Assembly (NCBI GenBank): GCA_965222075.1
Contig: OZ244937.1
Span: forward strand, 384,001-448,000
Origin: Candidatus Latescibacterota bacterium
GTDB taxonomy: Bacteria; Latescibacterota; UBA2968; GCA-2709665
Direction of reading: 5' to 3'
Length of the DNA: 64,000 bases
Part shown: in pieces, positions 50,385 through 58,422 of the stretch
How positions within the stretch are numbered: position 1 is the first letter of the stretch
Layout of the letters: every line of letters starts with the position of its first letter
Program-made: the position numbers and the translations under genes
The notes under the pieces: model-generated
Told to the model about the DNA's origin: nothing
What the model saw: the letters and a program-made list of their open reading frames with translations, nothing else
Database searches by the model: none

Positions 50385-50557
50385 ATGATACCACGTAATC
50401 TTGAACCCATGCTCAAAAAGGCGGCACGCACCTCACCAAATTACCTCGAGCATGTTCCGTAGTCGTCGCCTATGGGGGTGATCAAATCCAGACCCGCGAG
50501 GCGGGGAGTCTGATACCCTGGCTCAAACTACACGAAGCAGGTTTTTGGGAACCGTAA
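50385..50557 (+). pseudogene. Internally deleted AAA/DUF4143 ATPase remnant
   Basis: N-terminus MIPRNLEPMLKKAAR joined to C-terminus-like VAYGGDQIQTREAGSLIPW; upstream ~50 bp similar to 48340-48388. Confidence 0.55.
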
Positions 50558-50609
50558 CTCGACGTTTCCGTCACTTCCAGCGAAACACTGGGTGTGAATC
50601 GGTGGGATG

Positions 50610-50649
50610 AAAATGCCCCTGAGGAATTGAATTTCCCCGGGGCATTTTT
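50610..50649. terminator. Probable bidirectional terminator after nadE
   Basis: AAAATGCCCC...GGGGCATTTT hairpin. Confidence 0.65.
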
Positions 50650-50677
50650 GCGTCCGATATTCTACATCGATGGGCGC

Positions 50678-52429
50678 TTAATACTCCCGGAAGCGGTTGG
50701 TGATGGGTAAGCGGCGGTCGCGGCCGAAGGCGCGGGGGGTGATTTTGATGCCGGGGGGGGCCTGGCGGCGTTTGTACTCGTTGAGGTCTACGGTTTGGAT
50801 CACGCGGCGTACGAGCTTTTCGTCGAAGCCCATGGCCACGATTTCGGTCAGGCTGCGGTCTTCTTCCACATAGGCCTTGAGGATAGGATCCAGGATGGGA
50901 TAGGGAGGGAGGCTGTCGGTGTCGAACTGGTTCTCGCGCAGTTCGGCCGTGGGCGGGCGCTGGACGGTGGAGGCGGGGATGACGGGACCGTCGGGGAGGC
51001 TGTTGCGGTGGTGCGCCAGGTCGTAGACCAGGGTTTTGTAGATGTCTTTGATAACGGCGAATCCACCGGCCATGTCGCCGTAGAGGGTGGCGTAGCCCAT
51101 GCTCAGTTCGCTTTTGTTGCCCGTGGTGAGCACGATCCAGCCGAATTTGTTGCACAGGGCCATCAGGAGGTTGCCCCGGATGCGGGGCTGGATGTTTTCC
51201 TCGGCGGTGTCGGACGGCCGACCCTCGAATTCGTCCGACAGTTCGGACAGGTAGGCCTCGAAGATGCTCTGGATAGGGAGGGTGACCAGGCGGATGCCGA
51301 GGTTTTGGGCGGTTTCAACGGCATCGTTGCGGGTGTCTTCGGATGAGTAGCGGGAAGGCATGGTGACACCGATGACATTGTCCGCGCCGAGGGCGTCCCG
51401 GGCAATGACCGATACGAGGGCGGAGTCGATGCCTCCGGAGAGGGCGACCAGGACCTTTACGAAGCCGTTTTTGCGGACGTAGTCCCGGGTGCCCAGGACA
51501 AGGGCGTCGTAGATATCTTTCAAGCGTTCGTCCTTGTTGAGCGAGAAGGGAGGAGGCGCAGCCTGGAGGCGGTCCGAAGGGGGCGCAGGGAACGCCACAT
51601 CGATCGGGGGCAGGTCGATGCAGGGGAGGTCGGTCTGGTGGGCCCGTTTCTCTTTGCGACGGCGGGGGTGGTGCAGGCGGTAGCGGAAGACCGCTTCGAG
51701 GTCGATATCGACCAGCAGAAGGTCCTCTTTAAAGCGGGGGGCACGGGCGAGGAGGGCGCCTTCCTGGTCAACCACAAAGCTTCCCCCGTCGAAGACGAGC
51801 TCATCCTGACCTCCTACCAGATTGCAGAAGGCGAGGGCGCTGCCGTAATCGGACGCGCGGGTGGCGATCATCTGCTCCCGCTGGAGGCCCTTGCCGTCGT
51901 GGAAGGGCGAGGAGGAGATGTTGACGATGAGTTCGGCGTCTCCAAAGAGGGCCTGGAGGCGGGCCGGTCCGCCGGGATACCAGATGTCTTCGCAGATGTT
52001 GACCCCAAAGATGATCCCGTTGAGGCTGTAGACCCTGGCGTTGCTGCCTGCCTGGAAGTAGCGGTCTTCATCGAAGACTTCGTAGTTGGGCAGGTAGGCC
52101 TTGTGGTAGATATCGACGAGCTGCCCGTTGCAGGCGACCGCGGCTGCGTTGTAGATGTCGTCCTGGCGGTCGACAAATCCGATGACGGCGGCGATGTGCC
52201 GGGTCTCCCGGACAAGGATGTCGAGGGAGCGGCGGTTGGCCTCGATAAACCGGGGTTTAAAGAGGAGGTCTTCGGGTGGGTACCCCGGGACGGCCAATTC
52301 CGGGAAGGCGACCAGGGCGGCGCCGAGGTCTCTGGCCTTTCGGATGCCGTCCAGAATCCTGTTCCGGTTGCCGCTCAGGTCACCGACGGTGACGTTGATC
52401 TGAGCCAGGGCGATGCGTAGGGTGCGCAT
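50678..52429 (-). CDS. nadE: Glutamine-dependent NAD+ synthetase
   Basis: Nitrilase domain (FPEL, ICEDIW) plus SGGIDS, ENIQPR, GNKSE, EYKRRQAPPG. Confidence 0.96.
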   Translation of the reverse strand: MRTLRIALAQINVTVGDLSGNRNRILDGIRKARDLGAALVAFPELAVPGYPPEDLLFKPRFIEANRRSLDILVRETRHIAAVIGFVDRQDDIYNAAAVACNGQLVDIYHKAYLPNYEVFDEDRYFQAGSNARVYSLNGIIFGVNICEDIWYPGGPARLQALFGDAELIVNISSSPFHDGKGLQREQMIATRASDYGSALAFCNLVGGQDELVFDGGSFVVDQEGALLARAPRFKEDLLLVDIDLEAVFRYRLHHPRRRKEKRAHQTDLPCIDLPPIDVAFPAPPSDRLQAAPPPFSLNKDERLKDIYDALVLGTRDYVRKNGFVKVLVALSGGIDSALVSVIARDALGADNVIGVTMPSRYSSEDTRNDAVETAQNLGIRLVTLPIQSIFEAYLSELSDEFEGRPSDTAEENIQPRIRGNLLMALCNKFGWIVLTTGNKSELSMGYATLYGDMAGGFAVIKDIYKTLVYDLAHHRNSLPDGPVIPASTVQRPPTAELRENQFDTDSLPPYPILDPILKAYVEEDRSLTEIVAMGFDEKLVRRVIQTVDLNEYKRRQAPPGIKITPRAFGRDRRLPITNRFREY

Positions 52430-52453
52430 AGGTGAGTGGAGCGTACTTGCTGT

Positions 52454-53155
52454 TCACGGCTGAAGGTTTCCGACGGCCTGTTCGATGAGTCTGGCTGCTG
52501 CTTCCTGGGAGGTGCAGCCGGTGTTGATCACGAAATGGTAGAGGACAGGATCGTCCCAGTTGATCGCGTAGTTGTCCTGAAGGTAGGCGGCGCGGCGTTT
52601 GTCGCTTTTCTGGATCATGGCTTTGGCCTCTTTGGCGGAGACCCCCCGGCGCTCCATCACGACCTGGATTCGGACATCTAAGGGCGCTACCGTTCGCACG
52701 TGGAGGGTGTGTGGGCGGTCGCGGAGGATGGCCTGCCCTCCCCGCCCCACGATGATGATGTTCCCCCGCTCATAGAGGCGGTCAACGGCGGCCTGAAGGA
52801 ATTTGAGGTAGTCCCGATGGTCCAGGAGGTGTTTTGCTTCGGTAAGGGCGACATCGTCGGTGAGGAGGGTTGCGGAGATTTCGTAGGGGAATTCGAGCCC
52901 CCAGAGCATGGCAGGGGGCACCGGGACCGATCGGGAGGGGGTAATCAGGCTGCGAATGAACCGCTTGGCAGGGCTTTCGCTGAGTTCGTCATACTTTTCC
53001 ACTTCGGATTCGGAGACGTTGGCTTCCCGGGCCACTTCGGTAATCAGGTCCTTGTCCACCCAATCGTAGCCGAGGATTTCGGCCGTCCGGCGGGCCACCA
53101 GGTCTCCGATGCTGCCAAGCTGGCGCGATATGGTCACCACGGCCACGGCACGCAC
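52454..53155 (-). CDS. Cytidylate kinase-like family protein
   Basis: VTISRQLGSIG, IIVGRGG, DKRRAAY, YHFVINT. Confidence 0.85.
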   Translation of the reverse strand: MRAVAVVTISRQLGSIGDLVARRTAEILGYDWVDKDLITEVAREANVSESEVEKYDELSESPAKRFIRSLITPSRSVPVPPAMLWGLEFPYEISATLLTDDVALTEAKHLLDHRDYLKFLQAAVDRLYERGNIIIVGRGGQAILRDRPHTLHVRTVAPLDVRIQVVMERRGVSAKEAKAMIQKSDKRRAAYLQDNYAINWDDPVLYHFVINTGCTSQEAAARLIEQAVGNLQP

Positions 53156-53238
53156 CTCCTCCCGGGTTATTGTGGATTTGAGATTGCGGGTCTCCCACTC
53201 CGGAAGATTGCCTAAGAAGCTGCTGTTTGGAAAAACCC

Positions 53239-55065
53239 TCAGAAGTCGGTGTAGAAGTAATGCCGGCTGTCGACGATCTCTGCGTCTGTTTTGAGATTGT
53301 TCAGCCAGATGGCGACGGTCTGGCTTCTTTTTTGGGAAAGGAGGCGCTGGGTAAGGGCCTGACGCTCCGCCTGGAATGCCGAGTCATCGATGGGCTGACG
53401 CTCCAGGACCTGCAGGATATAGGCGCCCCCTTCGGTGGTTACCACGTCGCTCATTTCACCCGACTGCAGGCGGAATGCCGCTCCAATAAAGGCGTTTCGA
53501 CCTCCGATACCGGGCAGGAAATCGTTTCGGGAAAAGGGTTTGGGTTCAACAACGCGGAGGCCGTGGGCTTTTGCCGCCTCTTTGAGGGAGCTGCCCCCCC
53601 GGACCCCGTCCAGGACAGGGGCTGCCCATTGGGCGGCCAGGCCGACCTTCTTTTGTCCTTTGAGCTTTACGAAGATCTGGCCACGGACCTCGTCGAGCGG
53701 CTGTGGACCGGCGGCGCGTTTTGCCCTGAGAACGAAGATGTAGATGCCCTGGTCTGTCTCGTAGAGGGGTGAGATCTCGCCCGGCGATGCGGCCAGGAAG
53801 CCGTTGACCAGCCCGGAGGTCCGGTTCCTGAGGAGGGGAAAGAATCCCCCGGCGGTGATAAATCCGGTGTCTTGGGGCACCAGATCCACCTCGGTTACGG
53901 CGCCTTCAAACCCGAACTCCTCGGCGTGTTCCAGAAATACGTTGGCCTGCAGACGGAGGCTATCCAGGGTGTTGCGCCTGGCGCGCGTCTGAAGGAGGAT
54001 GTGGCGTGCGTGCACCCGGAGGCTGTCTGCGGCTCCTTTTCTGTCTTCGACTTTGACAATATGCCACCCAAACTGGGTGCGAAACGGCTCCGAGATCTCA
54101 CCGGAGTCGAGGGAAAAGGCGGTGTCTTCGAAGGCCTTGACCATCTGGCCCCGCCCAAAGAATCCAAGGTCGCCGTCTTTCTGAGCGCTGCCGGGGTCGT
54201 CGGAGTTGTTTCGGGCCAACTGGCCAAAGTCATCCCCCGCCCGAATCTGAGCGAGGAGGCGCCGGATTTCGGCCTCGGTTTCCGCGCTGTCACGAGCGGA
54301 CGGGGTTTTGGAGAAGGAGACGAACGAGGCCTGCACGGCGGCGTCCTGGTGGTATTCGTCTTTGTGGGCGTCGTAATAGGCCCGAACCTCGCTTTCGGAG
54401 ACGAGGGCCAGGGAGTCGGGGAAGGCAGATGTCTCGACTCCTGCATAGGCGACCCGGACTTTTTCGTACTGGTTCACATAGGCTTCGCGGACTTCTGCGC
54501 TGGTGACCTTCACGGCGCTGGTGACCAGTTCCTGGAGCTTCTGAAAGCGGAGGGCCCGCCGGACGGCGCTTTCGGCACTGAGCACAAATTGCTTCACCTG
54601 AGGGTTGCTGTAGGTGCCCGGGTCATCCAGGAACCGGGCATACTTGGCCGGGTCGAACTTGCCATCGGTCTGGAAGTCCGGTATGTTTTGAACCTCCGCG
54701 ATGGGTTGGGTGCGGTTGACAAAGTCGACCTCTCTGTCGGAGACTGTAATATTGTGCGCTTGCATCTGCTGGACGATCAGGACCTCTGTCACAAGCTGAT
54801 CCCAGGTCTGGCGGACCAGCGGTCCCAGTTCAGGATCAATGGCGTTTTCTGCCTTTGCCCGCAGGTAGGCGTTCCGAAGGATGGTGTCAAACTGTTTGTG
54901 GGAAATTTCCCTTCCGTTGATGACGCCGACCGTATCGCCGGCCGGGCCGACCCTGCGGCCGCTGATGTCGGCCCCCCATTCCAGTACGATCAGACCGACG
55001 AAGGCCGCGGCAACGATCCACATCATCGCTTTGATGAATGTGACATTGCGAAAGGTGTTGAGCAT
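53239..55065 (-). CDS. PpiD/SurA-like peptidyl-prolyl isomerase
   Basis: N-terminal TM, SurA N domain, parvulin motifs SDDPGSAQKDGDLGFF, FEDTAF, TQFGWHI, ARHIL. Confidence 0.9.
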   Translation of the reverse strand: MLNTFRNVTFIKAMMWIVAAAFVGLIVLEWGADISGRRVGPAGDTVGVINGREISHKQFDTILRNAYLRAKAENAIDPELGPLVRQTWDQLVTEVLIVQQMQAHNITVSDREVDFVNRTQPIAEVQNIPDFQTDGKFDPAKYARFLDDPGTYSNPQVKQFVLSAESAVRRALRFQKLQELVTSAVKVTSAEVREAYVNQYEKVRVAYAGVETSAFPDSLALVSESEVRAYYDAHKDEYHQDAAVQASFVSFSKTPSARDSAETEAEIRRLLAQIRAGDDFGQLARNNSDDPGSAQKDGDLGFFGRGQMVKAFEDTAFSLDSGEISEPFRTQFGWHIVKVEDRKGAADSLRVHARHILLQTRARRNTLDSLRLQANVFLEHAEEFGFEGAVTEVDLVPQDTGFITAGGFFPLLRNRTSGLVNGFLAASPGEISPLYETDQGIYIFVLRAKRAAGPQPLDEVRGQIFVKLKGQKKVGLAAQWAAPVLDGVRGGSSLKEAAKAHGLRVVEPKPFSRNDFLPGIGGRNAFIGAAFRLQSGEMSDVVTTEGGAYILQVLERQPIDDSAFQAERQALTQRLLSQKRSQTVAIWLNNLKTDAEIVDSRHYFYTDF

Positions 55066-55216
55066 TGAAGGAACGCCTCCATTGGGACAAAACAAATCAA
55101 GGTGTGTGTTGAAAGCCGGTGACAGAAGACCAAATGCTTGCCATACAAATTATAGGAACTGAACAATACAGGCAAGTTTTTTTTGCGTAGGGGCAAATTT
55201 TCGGATGGATCTCCGC

Positions 55217-55245
55217 TTGACGGGAGGGAATAAAATACCTATACT
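55217..55245 (+). promoter_or_regulatory. Sigma-70 promoter for the M23/rhomboid genes
   Basis: TTGACG-17 bp-TATACT. Confidence 0.7.
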
Positions 55246-55344
55246 CAACGAAAGTTGCGAGTCCTGAGTCTCGGGTCCAAAGTCAACATCCGGATGTTTG
55301 GAGGGGTGCGGGGAACTCGGGACTGTTTTTTTTGAGGTTTAAGG

Positions 55345-57651
55345 ATGCGTATACGCATTTCGATGGCGCTTATCGCCCTTCTCGCCGTGGGTCCGGGCCG
55401 GGCGGAGGGAGGGGACTACCACTGGCCGATGGCGGCGAGGCCGGCGTTGACTTCGACCTTTGGAGAGTACCGGCAGGGGCGGTTTTACGCCCGGTCGGGG
55501 CGGTTCCACGCGGGGATTGACCTGAAGACGTGGGGGCGGGAAGGGTACCCGGTGCTGGCGGTGGACGACGGCTACGTCTGGCGGGTGCGGACCTCTCCGT
55601 GGGGTTATGGGAAGGCTGTCTATATAAAACTTCGGGATGGGCGAACGGCGGTGTACGCCCACCTGTCGGCGTTTGCGCCTTCTCTTGTGCCCATCGTAGA
55701 GGCGGAGCAGGAACGGCGGGGCAGGTACAGTGTGAACCTGTTTTTGAAGCAAGATCAGATTCTTGTCAGGCGGGGGGAGAAGGTGGGGTTTTCGGGGAGT
55801 ACCGGGACGGGGGTGCCGCACCTTCACTTTGAACTTCGGGACAAAGACCAGCGGCCGATCAATGCGCTGAAGCACGGTTTTGACGTTCAGGATACCACCG
55901 CCCCCACCATCCGGTCGCTGGCGCTGCTGCCCTTAGATGCGGACGCGCGGGTGGCCGGTGGGCACGCACCCTATACGTTTGGGGTGCGGTGGCATCTCAA
56001 AAAGCAGCGCTACGGCGCTTCCAGGCAGGTTGTGGTGGAGGGGCGCTTCGGCGTGGCGGTTGAGGTCTACGACCGGGCCGATGCGTCGGTGCTGACCAAC
56101 CGGCTGGCGCCCTACCGGCTGCGCCTGCTGGTGGATGGCCGGGAGGTCTTCCAGACGGCCTATACCGCTTTTGGATATGACGAGGTCCACCAGGTGGAAC
56201 TGGACCGGAATTTTGCGCTGCGCCGTCTGGGGGTCGGCAAGTTTCACAACCTGTTTCGGGCAGAGGGCAACCGACTTGCTCTGTATGGGGACTACCAGCC
56301 GGGCGACGGGGTGTTGTATGCGGGCACCCGGCCAGCGGAGCGGGGTGTGGCGCTGGGGATGGGGCCTCACCGCCTGCGGGTTGTGGCCGAGGATGCGGCA
56401 GGCAACCGGTCGGAGGCGGAGGTGGCGGTGCTGGTGGACGCGCGCCCCCGGATACTGGCGTTCCACGCAGAGGCGGCGGGCGACTCGGTGAGACTCAGGG
56501 CCCGGTATACCGATGAAGAACCGGTGGAGGTGGCCTTTGAGGAGTCGATGGATGGGGGCGAGACCTGGCGCATATCAGGAGCGGCGCGCGCCAAAACAGA
56601 AGGCGTGTTTGCCTTTACGCATAAACGACGGGTAGAGGCCGGGGCGCTCTACCGGGTGCGGGTGCGTGATCCGTACGGTTTGGAGGCGTTTCAGACGGGC
56701 GCTCCGGTTAAGGCTGTGGTCGGCGCCGGGATGGGTTCGATGCTTAAGTGTGGGCTGGCCTTTTATCCCGATTTTGCGGTCATTCGGATCGATTCGGACC
56801 GGCTCCTGGCGGCCCTTCCCCGGGTCACTGTCCGATGGCCGGGGCGGCAGGAGGCGGTGCTGGAGGTCACCCAGCGGGCGCTGCGCGCTTACGAGGCCCT
56901 GGTGCGGTTTGACCCGGAGGCGGTGGGGCGGCTGACGGTCTCGGCCGTGGACCTGAGGGGAGAGGCCGGGCATCAGACGCTGACCCTGGACCAGCAGAAG
57001 GTGGGACTCTCGGGGGGGAGGGTGCACTCGGAAGACGGCGCCGCCGAGGCCCGTTTCGATTCGGGTGAGGTCTACCGGACGCTCTTTGCGCGGGTTTTTG
57101 CGGGAGCGGCCAGGGGACCGGAAGGCCTGCCCACAGTGGGGCTGGCGTATCGGTTTACGCCTGTGGACGTGCCGTTTAACGGCAGGGCCGACCTTGTCCT
57201 GCGTTACCCGGCAGGGTTCGATCGACCGGAACGGCTGGGCGTGTACGAACAGGCGGATGATAGCACCTGGGCGTTTGTGGGCAATCGGTTGGATTCGGAA
57301 AGGGGAACCGTGGCCGCGGAGGTGGCCCATTTTTCGACCTATGGGCTGCTTTTAGACGCGCTACCGCCGGAGGTGACCGACCTTCGTCCGGCCACCGGCG
57401 CAAAAACAGAGGACCGGCGCCCACTGCTGGTTGCGACTGTGCGGGATGTGGGGTCGGGAATCGGGCGCGAAAAGGATATTTCCGTACGGCTGGATGGCAA
57501 GGAGATGATTTTTGAGTACGATCCCGAAGCAAAGCAGGTGACGGCACGCCCGAAACGGCCTCTGAGGCCGGGGGCGCACCACCTGGAGGTTACGGTCCGG
57601 GATATGTGTGGCAATAAGACCCGGGAAACCAGCCGCTTCACGGTTTGGTAG
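55345..57651 (+). CDS. M23 family metallopeptidase with C-terminal Ig-like domains
   Basis: Signal peptide; HAGID, GYG, YAHL, GSTG..PHLHFE. Confidence 0.9.
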   Translation: MRIRISMALIALLAVGPGRAEGGDYHWPMAARPALTSTFGEYRQGRFYARSGRFHAGIDLKTWGREGYPVLAVDDGYVWRVRTSPWGYGKAVYIKLRDGRTAVYAHLSAFAPSLVPIVEAEQERRGRYSVNLFLKQDQILVRRGEKVGFSGSTGTGVPHLHFELRDKDQRPINALKHGFDVQDTTAPTIRSLALLPLDADARVAGGHAPYTFGVRWHLKKQRYGASRQVVVEGRFGVAVEVYDRADASVLTNRLAPYRLRLLVDGREVFQTAYTAFGYDEVHQVELDRNFALRRLGVGKFHNLFRAEGNRLALYGDYQPGDGVLYAGTRPAERGVALGMGPHRLRVVAEDAAGNRSEAEVAVLVDARPRILAFHAEAAGDSVRLRARYTDEEPVEVAFEESMDGGETWRISGAARAKTEGVFAFTHKRRVEAGALYRVRVRDPYGLEAFQTGAPVKAVVGAGMGSMLKCGLAFYPDFAVIRIDSDRLLAALPRVTVRWPGRQEAVLEVTQRALRAYEALVRFDPEAVGRLTVSAVDLRGEAGHQTLTLDQQKVGLSGGRVHSEDGAAEARFDSGEVYRTLFARVFAGAARGPEGLPTVGLAYRFTPVDVPFNGRADLVLRYPAGFDRPERLGVYEQADDSTWAFVGNRLDSERGTVAAEVAHFSTYGLLLDALPPEVTDLRPATGAKTEDRRPLLVATVRDVGSGIGREKDISVRLDGKEMIFEYDPEAKQVTARPKRPLRPGAHHLEVTVRDMCGNKTRETSRFTVW

Positions 57652-57660
57652 GAGCAGGGG

Positions 57661-58359
57661 ATGATTCTTCCGATCAAGGACGACAATCCGACCCGGCGTG
57701 CACCGGTTTTTACGGTGGCCATTCTGGGGGTCAATATGGCGGTCTTTCTGTATGCTGTTTCCTTAGGGTCAATCGGATTTGAGGTGTTTTCCATGCGGTT
57801 GGGGCTCATTCCCTTTGAGATTATGCACGCGACGGATGCGGTTTCGCCGACGCCGATCCCCCTTTATTTGACCCTTTTTACGGCGATGTTCATGCACGGG
57901 GGCTGGGTACATCTGGCCGGGAATATGCTCTATCTCTGGACGTTCGGAAACAGTATCGAGGATACGCTGGGGCGCTTCCGGTTTCTGGTCTTCTATCTTT
58001 TTTCCGGGGTGGCCGCCACGCTGGTCCATGTGGTTTCGGCCCCCGATTCCACAGTGCCCCTGGTCGGGGCGAGCGGGGCGATTGCGGGAGTGCTGGGGGC
58101 TTACATGGCGCTCTTTCCAGGGGTGCGGGTGCACGTCCTGGTGTTCCTGTTTTTCTTTATTCAGGTGGTACGGGTTCCGGCGCTGATCGTTCTGGGGCTC
58201 TGGTTCATTATCCAGTTGGTCAATGCCTCGGTCCAGACGGGTGGCGTGGGTGGGGGCGTGGCCTGGTATGCCCACATTGCAGGATTTGTGGTGGGATATC
58301 TCCTCATGCGGGGCCGGAAACGGCGGATCAGAAGGAAGTTCAAGGGGGCTTATATTTGA
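57661..58359 (+). CDS. Rhomboid family intramembrane serine protease
   Basis: MFMHGGWVHLAGNM, GASGA, AWYAHIAGF. Confidence 0.93.
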   Translation: MILPIKDDNPTRRAPVFTVAILGVNMAVFLYAVSLGSIGFEVFSMRLGLIPFEIMHATDAVSPTPIPLYLTLFTAMFMHGGWVHLAGNMLYLWTFGNSIEDTLGRFRFLVFYLFSGVAATLVHVVSAPDSTVPLVGASGAIAGVLGAYMALFPGVRVHVLVFLFFFIQVVRVPALIVLGLWFIIQLVNASVQTGGVGGGVAWYAHIAGFVVGYLLMRGRKRRIRRKFKGAYI

Positions 58360-58388
58360 AAACAGGAAGGGTTTATTCAACAAGATAG

Positions 58389-58422
58389 AGGGTCACTGCC
58401 GGTATTCCCGGGGTGACCCTTT
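58389..58422. terminator. Terminator between convergent genes
   Basis: AGGGTCAC...GTGACCCT followed by Ts. Confidence 0.55.

Noticed and set aside
52044-52054. CTGCCTGCC in nadE as another 33-bp element
   Set aside because: No partner arm and no apparent extra residues in the protein
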